Source: Paraspadella gotoi (taxonomy: Eukaryota; Animalia; Chaetognatha). Taken from it: DNA of 64,000 nucleotides. The stretch is taken from contig CM119264.1 in assembly GCA_051294375.1 (NCBI GenBank), forward strand, positions 10,062,175 to 10,126,174, in the 5' to 3' direction. Of the stretch, positions 36,423-51,074 are shown in pieces; the first letter of the stretch is position 1, and each line of letters opens with the position of its first letter. The position numbers were made by a program, and so were the translations under genes. The notes under the pieces are model-generated. The model saw only the letters and a list, made by a program, of their open reading frames with translations, was not told the origin of the DNA and ran no database searches.

Positions 36423-39400
36423 AGACCACCCTCACTCCACCCGCCTTTCCACAATTTCGAGGGGTGTTTGATTTCTTCGTTTTTCCGCCAAAAAAATCGT
36501 CTTCAGTTTCTCCAAATCTTTGATCCTTCGGGTCGTCGCAACTCTCAACTCCCGACTCTCATCTGCGTCAGCTTTGTGAATTTTGTGAATGTTGCGAATA
36601 TTTAGTGAAAATATTTTTAAACGCATGTATGCATAAAAGGAATTTCATCGATCTTATAACGAATTTCGCAGTTGATCTTGCCATACAAATTCGATAATAG
36701 GTTCATTTTCATAATGGATGCTCATAAAAATGCACCATTGTAGACACCTGGACCATTGGAAAATTTTTTTTATTCGAATGACTTTTTTCCTACTTTTGAG
36801 GAGCATTTCAGTTAAGTTTAACTAATTCAATTATAGTGGGAACTTTGGTTGACATATGATGATGAATTATTACCAAAAAAATGTTAACGTTTATCGATGA
36901 TTAATAGCCAACGTGAACGCTTAGAATTCCGTGGCTTTAAAGTTTAATTAAAGGTTTGGAAGAATGCTTACTGAGTAACGACGTCCTATACGTAGGCAAA
37001 AACACGAATTTCTAACCAAATTATGTTTTTTCCGTAAAATTACATCGAGTGAAAGAAAAGAAAAGAAAAAGAATAGCCTCTCGCTTTATTCCCTCTTGGT
37101 GGTTCTAACTTACATCAAACAACGATAAGGTTCTCGCACATCTCGCTTTAAAAGAGTGTAGGTAACTTTGAAAATATATATTTTAATCCTCTTCCTTGAT
37201 TAAACGAATTGTGCGACGTAACCGTTATTATCTTCTTTAGTCGAAAGCTCGTTATTCTTAGCGGAGTAAACGTTAATAAAAAGTTATTGTTAAAAAAATT
37301 CAAAATAAAATAAAAGGAGCACATAACTTACCTAAATGATGCTACTTAGTTAAAGAAGTTTCTTAGATCATTAAATTAATGTTATAGATTAAAATTAATC
37401 ATGTAGAATTTACTCACTAGTTGAAGCTCGTCGTGTCCATAAACGAAAAAGGGTCGTCGACGAAAAGATGTGGCATTTTTGTAAGAATCAGACAAAATCA
37501 GAAGAGAAATGGAATTCGAGCCACATTTCCAAGAAGAATAAAACATCTCAATTCTCACCTTTAAACTTAGTTTACTTTTTAATGTTTTTTTTTTTTTTTT
37601 TTGCGATTCCTTTACTATGGCTCTCTCGTTTTATAACTGAAAATATTTTATTAGAATCAATTAGAATAGATAACACATCTTTTATTCAACGAAAACGTTC
37701 TAGGTCTTTCTGTGTTCTTGATCTCTCTCTCCCTCTCTCTCTAGTCTCTACTTCTTTCAAACCACAGCTCTCGCCATCATGATAAAGAGGCGATTTGCCG
37801 GGAAAGTATAGTCAAGTTGAGACACAAATGAACAAGAATCGCCCTCACTTAAAATCACTGACTTTTGGGTTTTATCCCCCATTCTGGCAACATCGACAAA
37901 CTCGCAACAACTCGGCCAAAATCGGCCAAACCCCCTTTTTTTTTTTGCCTCCTCCCCGCTGGTTGGCCCACCCTGATCAGCCTGGCCCCATGGGGGCTAG
38001 TATTTCCACCCCGGGGTGGATGCATCCATTTAAATCCTCTGAGGGGAGAGAAAACAATTTCTTTTGATTATGAATGAAGAGCCAAGTAGTAGTCGCGAAG
38101 TCGCCCCGCTCGATTGGCGACGATTCGAACAAAGGAAAAGCGCAATATTTGGTGAGTCGTTGCCGAGTTGGCGTGACATCGATTAGAGAGTCTGGAGTTA
38201 TTCTCATCCAAAAAAATTATTTGTATATAAAGTTAAATTCGCTTTGGAACCGGATAAAGTTTTGGCCAAATCATTTATTTATGACCAAAGGCAAAGCTTA
38301 GATCGAAATAAACATTTTCTATTTAAATTCTTAGGTTTTTTTAATGTTTTCTTTCTAATTTGCACATCTTCAATTAGGCCGTGGCATTATTTTAATTTAT
38401 TACTGAAGTTTTAAACTTTAACAACTCGCGTTTTAATTTTAGATTATTTTTAAATTTTTTTTACGGCCCATAGAAATTCCGTTGGAAGGGCTATTTCTAT
38501 CAGTGAATTTTTTTTATGACCAGTTTTCTAGTTGTACACACTTGATGCTCGTTGAGAAAAAAAACTTTTAAAGAATCAGTACATAAATTGTTTAAAAAAA
38601 ATGGCAAATTGTTTTAACAAACGTTAAAAAAAAACTACAAAAATAACAAGATATAAACTTTAAAAAAAAATATTCATTACAGGGTTTAATAAAAAAAATG
38701 TTTTATCTACAATCATAGAAAAAAAAATCTGCAACATTTTAAAAAATATTTTCGCGACGATTCCAAGGGGGAGTGGGCCTATCTATTAAGCGTTTAAACC
38801 GACTCCGCCCCGACATGACGCAAACTGTCGCCGACGACAGTGAAAGCAACGATGAAGGACGACCGACCGAAGACGACGACAGCGACGACGAACGACAAAA
38901 AGACACCCATCCCTCGAAGTTCACTAAGAGGTCACGCGGCAAAAGTTCGAAGGCCGGATTAGGGTTTCGCCATTTCGCAATTACCGAAGGAAGGACCGGA
39001 TTTTCCCNNNNNNNNNNNNNNNNNNNNNNNNNNNNNNNNNNNNNNNNNNNNNNNNNNNNNNNNNNNNNNNNNNNNNNNNNNNNNNNNNNNNNNNNNNNNN
39101 NNNNNNNNNNNNNNNNNNNNNNNNNNNNNNNNNNNNNNNNNNNNNNNNNNNNNNNNNNNNNNNNNNNNAGAGAGAGAGAGAGAGAGAAAATCCACGGTGG
39201 CGCTGACGGTGATCTGGTCACGTGATGGTTGGATTAACGGAATTAGCCCACCGAAGTGAATAGGAAGTGCGAAAGTGTCAGCCAAAATGGTTCACACAAA
39301 AAGTATCTTTCACAAGACAATGAAAATACCTACAAATCTAAGAGGTTGATGAGAAATCATCGAAATTGAGTCGAAACACGTTATTCATTCCATTTTGGTA

Positions 39401-39572
39401 AGGGAGTGGCTAGCAGACCGGACAGGCTAGACCGGACAGGCCAGACCGGACAGGCCAGACCGGAAAGGTAGGATCGGAGAAGCCAGATCGGAGGGGCCAG
39501 GCCGGACAGGCAAGACCGGACAGGACAGACCTCACAGGCCTGACCGCANNNNNNNNNNNNNNNNNNNNNNNN

Positions 39573-40878
39573 NGTGTCGAGACAGATTGAAACGTAGAAA
39601 GGATTAATGTGGACCTGCTAATCGAAATGTTTAAACGTTTAACATTCCAAAAAACTGAAAAAGGGCAAACTCAAAAAAAAGCAGAGTTTCTGATCTATTA
39701 TGGACGCGATATTTTTCCATCTTTCAATTGGCATTCTTTGGTTTTTGTCTGGCGCCTGGTGTGATAGCTCTCGTTCATTTTGTGTTGCCTGGTTCAGGTT
39801 TTATCTCTTGATCTGTTTCGAACTGTAACCCTTTTGGCTCCGCTTTTGGACGGCGGCGCGCGGTGGTGGTGGCGCCGGCGGCAGCGGCTTTCTTTTCCTA
39901 AGATCCTATTTCTTTCCTTTTCCTGAGGTTCTCCGCGCCTTTGTCACCCTTTTCAATCTCGTCAGAATAGCAAGCGTCCGCCTTTCCCATCATTAATTTC
40001 GTTCTCTCGGCATTTCCAGGAATTAGCCACCAGGCGCCTCCCTCTGTTATAGTCTCGGCCAACCCCTTCACACCCTCCGAACACACCCAACACACCTCAC
40101 GTGGACTCCCCGTCAGGCTTCGCGTCCGTCGTCTCCATTTTTCGAAATCTTTCCTCTGTTATTCTTCCCGAAGAGCAAACAGCTTTCCCTCTATTCGTTT
40201 TTACAGTTTTTTTTTGGTATCAAAAATTCAACTTGTTTCTAAGGATACTGAGCAAGTGACTTCCTTATGTGCCACCTTTTTATAATTCAATTCCTCGCTA
40301 CATATTGAAGAGACAGTAATTTATAATTATTAATTATATACTTATGGCGGGTTTAGTGCAAAACCGTTCAATGTTACCAGTCCTGCAGCTTCTGGGATCA
40401 GGCTGTACCACCGCGTAGCACCCCGATCCCTCTTATCTGCTAGGCGAGCCACCGGGGCTAGACCCCCGGACCTTTGGGTTGGCAGCGCGAAGCCTGCCTC
40501 CCGGCCCAATGGCCCCTGATCATGAACGGTTGCGTGGATTTTTAGTCCACCATAGTATCATTTTTATTTCATTGTAATGTTTGTTTTTTATATTTTTGAA
40601 CTTTTTTAAACCGTTAAAGCCGATTTTGTTCCGGAAAAGTAATTAGAAAACTGCAAAATTTGTGTTTTAAGCATATTTATGTTTTTGTTTCACTAAAATA
40701 GTAGTACTTTTTTTCAGAAATTTTTCTCACTCCTTGGGAAAATTGCCGCGTCTTTTGTTAGATCGTTTGCCGACTTCTACCCGAGCCTCGTTTCCAATCT
40801 CCTTTCCCTTTCTTTTGAACTATCACGACAAATGAAAGGAGGAACAATGAGCGAAAGTAAAAGAGAAGAAAGAAAGAT

Positions 40879-40919
<41 letters not shown>

Positions 40920-43900
40920 CGCACCCTCACTCCACCGACCTTTCCACATTTCGAGGGGTGTTGATTTCTCCGTTTTTTCCGCCAAAAAAAATTCCGTCTT
41001 TTCGGTTTCTGCAAATCTTTGATCCTTCGGGTCCTCGCAACTCTCAACTCCCGCTCTCGCATTCTGCGTCAGCTTTGTGAATTTTTTGTTGAATTTGCGA
41101 ATATTTTAGTGAAAATATTTTAAAACGCATGTATGCCCATAAAAGGAATTCATCGGATCTTATAACGAATTTCGCAGTTGATCTTGCCAACAAATCGATA
41201 ATAGTTCATTTTCATAATGGATGCCTCATACAAAATGCACCATTGTAGACACCTGGACCATTGGAAAAAATTTTTGTTTATTCGAGACTTTTCCTTACTT
41301 TTGAGGAGCATTTTCAGTTAAGTTTAACTAAAAATTCAATTATAAGTGTAACTTTGACGTTGACATATGATGATGAATTTATTACCAAAAAATGTTAACG
41401 GTTTTATCGATTGATTATAGTATTAGGAATTCCGTGGCTTTAAAGTTTAATTAAAGGTTTGAAGAATGCTTACGAGTACACGACGTCCCTATACGTAGGC
41501 AAAACACGAATTTCTTAACCAAATTATGTTTTTTCCGAAAATTGACATCGACCGTGAACGAAAAGAAAAGAAAAAAGAATAGCCTCTCGCTTTATTCCCT
41601 CATTGGTGTTCTAACTTACATCAAACAAACGAAAGGTTCTCGCACATCTCGCTTTTTAAAAGAGTGTAGGTAACCTTAAATATATATTTTAATCCTGCTT
41701 CCTTGATTAAAACGAATTGTGCCGACGTAACCGTTTATTTATCTTCCTTTAGTTCGAAGCTCGTTATTCTTAGCCGGAGTAAACGCTTATATAAAAAGTA
41801 TGTTTAAAAAATCAAAATTAAAATAAAAGGAGCACATAACTTACCTAAATGATGCTTACTTAGTTAAAGAAGTTTCTTAGCTTCATTAATTAATGTTTAT
41901 AGATTAAAATTAATCAGTTAGAATTTAGCTCACTAGGTTGGAAGCTCCTGTTCGGTCCATAAACGAAAATAGGGCGTCGCACGAAAAAAGATGTGGCATT
42001 TTTTTGTAAGAATCAGACAAAATCAGAAGAGAAATGGAATTCGAGCCACATTTCCAAGAGGAATAAAACATGCTCAATTCTCACCTTTAGACTTAGTTAC
42101 TTTTTAGTTTTTTTTTTGCGATTCCTACATGGCCTCTCGTTAATAACTGAAAAATATAATTAGGAATCAATTTATAGAATAGATTAACACTAATCTTTTA
42201 TTCAACGGAAAAACGTCAGGTCTTTCATGTGTTTCTTGAATCTCCTCTCCCTCTCTCTATCTCTAGCTTCTTTCAAACCACAGCTCTCGCCAATCATGGA
42301 TTAAAGAGGCTATTTGCCGAGGAGAAGTATAGTCAAGTAGACACAAATGAACAAGAATCGCCCCTCACTTAAAATCACTGTACTTTTGGGTTTATTCCCC
42401 CATTCTGGCAACATCGACAACAACCGCTCAACAACTCGGCAAAATCGGCCCAACCCGCTTTTTTTTTTTTGCTCTCTCCCCGCTGGTGCCACCCCGATCA
42501 GCCTGGCCCCGAGGGGGCCTAGACCACCCCGGAGGTGGAAGCATCCATAATCCTCTGTAGGGAGAGAAACAATCTTTTGATATGCAATGAAGAGCCAAGT
42601 ATTCAGGGAGATTGTATCGCATCGCGGGAAGTCGCCCGCTCGATGGCGAGACGATAACACCAAGGGAAAGGCGCAAATTTGCTGGTTGAAGTCGGCCGAG
42701 TTGGCGTGACTCGAATTAGGAGAGCTGCAGTATTTCTCAAAAAAATATTTTGTATTTATAATCCCACCATTACTATATATCTCGCTTAAAGATAAATTCG
42801 CGCATTTTGACTGGATAAAGTTTTTTGCCAAATCATTCGTATTTATTGACCCAAAGGCAAGCTTAGTTCGCAAATAAACATTTTCTCATTTTTAAAAATG
42901 TCTAGGTTTTTTTTAATGTTTCTCTTTCTTAATTTGCACATCTTCAATTAGGCCGTGGCAATTATTTTTGTAATTTATTACTGAAGTTTTTTAAACTTTT
43001 AACAACTCGCGTTTTAATTTTAGAGTTATTTTTTAAATTTTTTTTTTACGGCCCATAGAAATTCAAAGGTTGGAAGGGCTATTTTCTGTACGCTGAATTA
43101 TTTTTTATGAGCCCAGTTTTCTAGTTTGTACACACTTGGTGCTCGTTGAGAAAAAAAACTTTTTAAAGAATCGAGTACATTAAATTGTTTAAAAACAAAA
43201 TGGCAACATTGTTCTTAACAAACGTTAAAAAAACTTTACAAAATAACAAATTATAAATTCTCTTTAAAAGAAAATATTTCAATTATTTAATAAAAAAAAT
43301 GTTTTACTACAGAATCATAGAAAAAAAAATCTGGCAACATTTTAAAAAATTATTTTTCGCGACGCATTCCAAGGGGGAGTGCAGCCCTATCTATAAGCGT
43401 TTAAAACCGACTTCCGCCCCGAACATGACGCCAAATCTGTCGCGACGACAGTGAAGAGCAACGTGAGGCACGACCGACCGAAGACGGTGTCGACAGCGAC
43501 GACGAACGACAAAAAAGACACCCATCCCTCGCGAAGTTCACTAACGAGGTCACGCGGCAAAAGTTGGAAGGCCGGATTAGGGTTTCCGCCATTCGCATAT
43601 TACCGAAGGAAGGACGGGATTTTTCCCGGCAAATGTAAAAGAGGAATTTAATGGGTTTAGGAAAGATATTGAAAAAAGATGAGAGAGAGAGGAGAGAGAG
43701 AGGAGAGAGAGAGACGAGAGGAGATACGACGGAGAGAGCAGAGAGAGGAGAGAGAGAGAGAGAGACAATGAGAGGAGAAAATCCACGGTGGCACTGGACG
43801 GTTGATCTGGCTCACGTGAGGTTGGATTAACGGATTAGCCCACCGAAGGTGAATAGGAAGTGCGAAAGGTGTCAGCCAAAAATGGTTCACACAAAAGTAT

Positions 43901-44170
43901 CCTTTCACAAGACAATGAAAATACTACAAATCTAAGAAGAGGTTGGATGAGAAATCATCGAAATTGGTCGTAAACACGTTATTCGTTCCAGCTTTTGGTA
44001 GGGGAGTGACCAGTGGCAAGCAGACCGGACAGGCTAGACCGGACCAGGCCAGACCGGACAGGCCAAGACCGCGAAGTAGGATCGGAGAGAAGCCAGATTC
44101 GGAGGAGGGCAGGTCCGGACAGGCAAGACCGGACCAAGGCACAGACCTCACAGGCCTTGACCGCACCGCT
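39573..44170 (+). repeat. Noisy direct duplicate of ~35180-39548
   Basis: Same order of sequence with dense small insertions; starts immediately after an N-gap. Confidence 0.9.
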
Positions 44171-44480
44171 TAGACCGACACGGGGTAGATCGGAGTTAGC
44201 CAGATCGGAAGTCCAACGGGGGCGACCTCACAGGCTTAGACCGGACGATAAGCCCGAGGCCGGAATTGGCAGAACGGATCAGGAAGGACCGGACGGCCAA
44301 ATCGGACAGACAGAGGCAAAGGCCAGACGCACAGGCCAACAGAAAGGCCAGACCGGATAGGCAAGACCGGAAGAGGACAGACGGACAGGCCAGACGAAAC
44401 AGGATAGGACCGCAGATAATGAGGCCAGAGGCCAGACCGCACAGGCCAGACCGCGCAGGTCAGACCGGACAGACAGGACC
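44020..44480. repeat. GC-rich minisatellite, ~14 bp unit AGACCGGACAGGCC (also 39413-39548)
   Basis: Direct reading of recurring AGACCGGACAGGC units. Confidence 0.85.
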
Positions 44481-47378
44481 GATCCTATCGGTGCCAACGT
44501 CTGAGACGAGAAATAAAGAAATCGTCGTTGAAGAAGAAGAGGAAGAAGAAGAGGAAAAATAAAAGGTAAGGAAAAGGAGGAAAAGTTCAAGGGTCCGAGT
44601 TTTTGTTTGACCGCAAATTCCGCCGCCCTCCCCCCCCCTCTTCCCCCCCTTTGAAATCGTCTGTTGCCGGCGACCAATCCTTTTTTTTTTTGCTGATGGA
44701 TTCCTTTATCTCTTATCTAATCAACAGTCCTTTTTTTTCATGTTTTCCGTTTTTATCATTTTTATTTTCGTAGTTTTTTTTTCAGTACCTTTGTTTCTTT
44801 GTTTCTCTTTTTTTTTAGTATTTGCTTTGTTTCGTTATTCGTGCTTTTCTTTTTCTCCCTTCTTTTTTCTTCCACCTATTTTTTCTTTTATCGTTTTTCT
44901 TTTTTTTTTTCCTTTTACCTTTCTTTCCTTTTACTTAGATTGTTTGATTGACTTTCCCTCGGTAAAAGGCTGCGGTCGGTCTTTTCAAAGAACTCTCACT
45001 TTGTTGTGGAATATTAGGGAAGTTCTTCCCTTTTTTCTGAATGATCTCTCCATCGGGAGTTCGCCAGCTTCATTCTCCAAAAAATTGTCCGTCGTCTTTT
45101 TACATTTTTGTTCCCTCGATCGAATAAAGATAAAGGTAGCTCTCTTTCGGAGTAAAAAACAAATAAGGTTATTTAATCGTAAAACGGGGTTTGATTGAAA
45201 ATAAAACTAAATACGGTTCATAAGAATGAAACTTTTTTATGAAATCGTAATGCAAATTGCTAATTACCCCTTCGGGTTTACGTTGCTGTTGTGTTTGTTA
45301 TTATTATTTTTGGCGAACAATTCCATTCCTTCCGCCTTGCTGCTGTTTAATCTTTATTGAAGCCGCCGCCTCAAGCAGCCTTGTCTATCGCCATTTCGAC
45401 AGCAACGTGTCTGAGACGTACTTCCTGTTCCCAGAGCGACTGAGAGGTCCCGAGTTCGAGTACGAATCTCTTTAATTTTCTAGTTCTTTATTCGATTCAC
45501 GATAAATCGTCTCGGTCTTAGCAACAACAACAACAGCGAGTCCCTTTTCCCGCGCGGCCGCCTGCGCAGCCGTCACCGTAAGAGATTCCGTCGCGGAACC
45601 GAAAATCACCCGCCATTTTTTTTTAGTTCGTGTTTGTTTACTCTCGAATTACATTTAGAGTAAACATTTCCTTGGTCCTCTGGACGCGACGGTTCTCTTT
45701 CGCGTCGCTCTCAACCATGTCTCGACTCTCGACCCATTTCGTGGCACCGGATCTTTCGCTGATTGTAACGCGGTTTTTGAAATTACATTAATCGTTACAC
45801 GAATTATTAATTAGATGCACACATAATATATAGATTATATTAATTAATTAATTAATTAATTCCATTTCCTACACTAATTTGGCTGAAGGCTCAAGTCAAA
45901 AAGTTAGCGATCATTTCTTTATTACTCCTGCAAGCCATTGAAGATTGAAATTATTTTTACGTGTCCGGTCTTTTTTTTTTCCGACGCACCATCCTCATTT
46001 CCTTTTTTTTTCTTTTCTCATTTCCTCCTTTTCGAATTCGTCCCGAATACAAAACAAAAAACGACACAATTATTGATATGAACTCTCGGAGTTTCATTTC
46101 CTGCCCTCATCTGTTCGCGCGGGAAAGTTTGACAGAACTTAGTCTGAGTTTTTCCTTCCCCCGCCCCGATTCTTTTGTCCCATTCTTTTGTTATCCTTTC
46201 TCTCNNNNNNNNNNNNNNNNNNNNNNNNNCTCATTCTCATGTTTTTTCCATTTCCTTTAATTTTCTCATGGAAATACTTTCTTCTAAAGTCATTGCAAGT
46301 TGTTCTCACATTCTCATTTAAACAGATATCAGGTCGTAAATAATATATATTTTTACCCCTCACTCCCTAACCCAACCTTTAGCAGAAATTGCTGTTCTCA
46401 TAAAACTCTTCTTTTTCTTCAAATTCTTCAATTCATTGATTCTCTAATTTTATTTTTAGATATAATCCTTCTCATTTCAAACATCTCTCTCTGTTCCTTT
46501 CTTTGATCATGCTCTAGTAACTAGACTTACAAACTGCTTATTCCCGAGTATGTTTGTCCTCGATTCTTTCCCAGGTCTTTCTGTGACAAGACTCCATGCC
46601 TCCCCCCCGCCCCCTAAACCCGAGTCCTTCTCAAGGTTCGACTCTTGACGTTGCTTTTCGCTCACCCGGCTGTGTTGCCGTCGTTAATCACTAATGTCAC
46701 GCATTCGAAGTGTCGAGATCCGCGGTGACGACCTCAACCCATTCAGCCAAACCTCTCAACAATCTTTTTCTACATTCTGAGTTTGTTTGGAATAAAGAGC
46801 GCGAAAAATGAAATTCTGTCTCGCAGCAGGGAAACCGCTGGACAGGTAACGTCCTCGAGTGACATGTAGTGCGAATAATTGAAAAAAACAATCTCTTGTT
46901 ATTTTCATGGTTTTTTCTTCTTTATTTTTCCCCTCTCTTATTCTATGCTCTTTAATCACACAAGGATTAATCTTCGGGTACGAAGAAAACCTCTTTTTGT
47001 GCGCAGCCTGCAAATGTGCAAACAACAAACTTTTTTTATTATCTTGTTTTGACAGAAATGATATTTTTTTTTTCATTTTCACGCGAGTCTAAAAAGCTGA
47101 ATAAAAATTTAATACGCTGAATAACTTGACTTCAACTATTTTTAAGTGTGAAACTGTTGTATAAACGTGTTATTTTCATTTTTTAATCTGACGTTGAAAA
47201 ATTAGACAGGGCAAATAATATAGCCGTTAATACTTCTGGATCGCATACGCGACGTTTAAGACCATGCAAAATCCAACAACTTCTTGCTCTAACTCCATCC
47301 GATTTCTTTCATCGGTGGTCTTTTTTCGTTTGCCCCTTTCGGACGAGTGTGGTTTTCCCTTCTCTCCTTCTTTCTCCT

Positions 47379-47409
<31 letters not shown>

Positions 47410-47928
47410 GCTCTCTCTCTCTTCTCTCTCTCCTCTCCTCTCTTTCCACTGCATTTATTGAATGAGCATGGGAGTGTATTTTATAACAAATGACATACTT
47501 TTTCAATGTACATGTACGTTGCATCCCTGGTACTAGAGTAGAGACAGGGTCGCAGCGCGTAGATATTAGCTTTAGTCATTTACATTTCCAGCCCCCCCCG
47601 AAGTGTGCTAATCATAGCAATAGCAAAGATGATGAGATCGGAGACCGGCCTGACGTTCACTCGGAGGAAAGACACGAAGAGAAATTCAAGTCTCTACTTC
47701 GTCAGAGCATGAAAGAATTTCCTCACGTATTTACAGTGAACCTAGGAAATGCTTAAGTACATTTTCAGATTTATACGCCTATCTATGGTTTTCTTGGGTT
47801 TCCGACAAGCTGCTTATCTAGGTTTAAATTTCTTCATTCAATCTCGGAAAAGCAAATATTAACATTTCTTGAGTTAAAAAAAAATTATAAGAATCTTCTC
47901 GTCTCTCTCTCTCTTCTCTCTCTTCTCT

Positions 47929-47978
<50 letters not shown>

Positions 47979-48488
47979 CTCTCTCGTCTCTAAAACACTT
48001 ACGAAGAAAATGTTTGCTCGGTTCTTAAACCTTGGAAAAACATCAAAAGGCGGATCGGATCGTCTTACTTTGACGTTTCAGAGTACAATTTCATATTTTC
48101 CGACAGTTAAAACAGAACGTCTAAAGTAAGATAGTAAAACTCTTGTTACACAGAGTTTTGTCAGCTTATTTCTATTCGATCACATTCAAATTCGCTTGTA
48201 GGGCGAATTTGTATTCGATTTATCGGGCCGTTCATTAGTCCAAATACGATATACGATAATAAATTGTAGTTAAGTTCTCCTATTTGTGGTGTTAAAAAGA
48301 AGTGAACTAAAGTTTGAAAATGCTTTCTCTTTCACTAAGCCGTATTTTAGCCAATGGCTGTCGGGTACTGAGCCTAGATCAAATTATTTCCGACATCTTT
48401 TACAGCCTTCGCCGGTGGATGACCCCGGAGGAATTTCTTACAGCGTTATTGGTGTCCATTCTTTCGTTACAATCCTGTTTTACAATTG

Positions 48489-48519
<31 letters not shown>

Positions 48520-49019
48520 AGAGAAAGGAGAGAGAGAGAGAGGATAGTCCGAGAAGACGAGACGAAGGCTGTAGGAAGAGAGAGAGAGAGAGAGAGCAGA
48601 CATTAGGAATAAATCCCTATCTTCCTTCCTTCTCGTGCCTCTATTCTCTGCTTTTGCCAGAGGCGAGAGAGTGACGTAACTGACTAAATAAACCGATTAA
48701 TGCGAATCTCTCTCTCTCTCTCTGCTCCTCTCTCTTCTCTCTCTCTCCTCTCTCCTCTCCTTCTCTCTCTCCTACTCTCTCTCTCTCCTCTCACTTTCTT
48801 CCCTGATTCTCATATCCATCAACATCGACGAGTTACGATCGCACAGCATCATCCAGACTTCAGAGGTCGATCGGTTATCACGGCTTCGCATGATCCTGAG
48901 GCAGGCGCTGCCATCGACGGAGAAGCACCACTCTGTAATACAAGCTCGTTTCGATTGTGAGTCTATTTTTGGTCTGGTAAACCTCCCTAATGTGATATTA
49001 AAAAGTTTACAAGACCTCA

Positions 49020-49108
49020 AACATCCAACAACTTTTGCTCAACCTCCCATCGACTTTGTCATCGGTGGTCTTTTTTACGTTTGCCCCTTTACGACGAGTG
49101 TGGTTTTC

Positions 49109-49174
<66 letters not shown>

Positions 49175-50170
49175 ACGATACTGATGAGGGGCAGTTGTAT
49201 TTATATACAAATGCATATTTCAAACAGAGTTTCCTGGTAAGTAGACAGGTCGCAGGTGAATTAGTTTAGTCTTTATTTCCACCGAAAGTTGTGCTAATTG
49301 ATAGATAGCAAAAGATGAAGATTGAGAGCTGACGTTTCGGAGGAAAGACACGAAGAGAAATTCAAGTCTCTACTTCGTCAAGATGAAAGAATTTCCTCAC
49401 GTATTTCAGTGAACCTAGGAAATGCTAAGTACATTTCAGATTTATACCCTATCATGGTTTTCTTGGGTTCCGACAACTGCTTATCTAGTTAAATTTCTTC
49501 ATCAATCTCGAAAAGAAATATACATTTCCTTGAGTTAAAAAAATTAAAGAATCNNNNNNNNNNNNNNNNNNNNNNNNNNNNNNNNNNNNNNNNNNNNNNN
49601 NNNNNNNNNNNNNNNNNNNNNNNNNNNNNNNNNNNNNNNNNNNNNNNNNNNNNNNNNNNNNNNNNNNNNNNNNNNNNNNNNNNTCTCTCTCTCTCTAAAA
49701 CACTTTACGAAGAAAATGTTTGCTCGGTTCTAAACCTTGGAAAAACATCAAGGCGGTCGGATCGTCTTACTTTGACGTCAAGTACAATTTCATATTTCCG
49801 ACAGTAAAACTGAACGTAACGTATAGATAGTAAAAAATGTGTTACTCAGAGTTAGTTGCAGCTTATTTGCTATTCGATCACATTCCATGCTTGTAGGCGA
49901 ATTTGTATTCATTTATCGGCCGTTATTGTCCGAAATACGATATAAGATAATAAAGTGTAGTAATTCTCCTTATTTGATGGTAAAATAGAATGAACTAAAG
50001 TTTAAAATGCTTTCTCTTTCAAAGGTATTTTAGCAATGGCTTCGGACGAACCTAGATCAAATTATCTCCGACATCCTTTTCAGCCTTCCCGGTGGATGAC
50101 CCGAGGAATTCTTACAGCGTTTATTTGGTTCCATTCTTTCGTTACAATCCTTTTACAATGAGAGAGAAAG
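49020..50170 (+). repeat. Direct duplicate of ~47270-48500
   Basis: Shared GGAGGAAAGACACGAAGAGAAATTCAAGTCTCTACTTCG, GAAGAAAATGTTTGCTCGGTTC and CCTAGATCAAATTAT blocks in order. Confidence 0.85.
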
Positions 50171-50171
50171 A

Positions 50172-50421
50172 GTTTTTAATCATCACATTAGGGAGTTACC
50201 AGACCAAAAATAGACTCACAATCGAAACGAGCTTGTAATTACAGAGTGGTGCTTCTCCGTCAGATGGCAGCGCCTGCCTCAGGTCGCGAACCGTGATAAC
50301 TATCGACCTTGAAAAGTCTGAAGTATGAAGCGTCGCGATCGTAACTCGTCGATGTTGATGGATATGGAGAATCAGGGAAAGAAAGTGAGAGGAGAGAGAG
50401 AGAGTAGGAGAGAGAGAAGAG

Positions 50422-50452
<31 letters not shown>

Positions 50453-50685
50453 GAGCAGAGAGAGAGAGAGAGATCGCTTTAATCGGGCAAATCTTAATTT
50501 AGTCAGTTCGTCACTCTCTGCCTCTGGCAAAAGCAGAGAATAGAGGCACGAGAAGGAAAGGAAGATAGGGATTTTATTCCTAATGTCTGCTCTCTTTCTC
50601 TCTCTCTCTTCCTACAGCCTTCGTCTCGTCTTCTCGGACTATCCTCTCTCTCTCTCTCCTTTCTCTTCTCTCTCTCTCTTTCTCT
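50172..50685 (-). repeat. Inverted duplicate of ~48500-49008
   Basis: ACCAGACCAAAAATAGACTCACAATCGAAACGAGC is the reverse complement of ~48943-48978; the ORF track shows the same peptide (EDSPRRRDEGCRK) on opposite strands. Confidence 0.85.
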
Positions 50686-50779
50686 NNNNNNNNNNNNNNN
50701 NNNNNNNNNNTCTCTTCTCTCTCTCTTATCTCTCTCTCTCTCTCTTCTCTCTCTCTTCTCTCTCTCTCTCTCTCTCTCT

Positions 50780-50815
<36 letters not shown>

Positions 50816-51074
50816 CTCTTCTCTTCTCTCAATCTCTCTCTCTCTCAATCTCTCTTTTTCACTCTCTCTCTCTCCCGACCAACTGATGTCGGCGAAAGGC
50901 GATAGACGCGCAATAGAGCGTTGAAAAATAACAAAATATAACAAATCAAGTGAGGTACATAGCTATTTTTAGTGTAATGTAGTCTGTAGAATTCGATGGT
51001 GATGACCATTTTTTTGTATAATTTAATCTTTCGTTGTCGGAAATGGCGGTTTTTAATGTTTTATAAAATTGTTA

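Noticed and set aside
38773-39285. Acidic ORF (MTQTVADDSESNDE...) and neighbouring ORFs
   Set aside because: Interrupted by a gap, driven by (GAC)n-like sequence, and no supportable exon chain.
43924-44677. Arg/Pro/Asp-rich ORFs resembling repetitive proteins
   Set aside because: Products of the 14-bp minisatellite; the unit length is not a multiple of three and frames are inconsistent.
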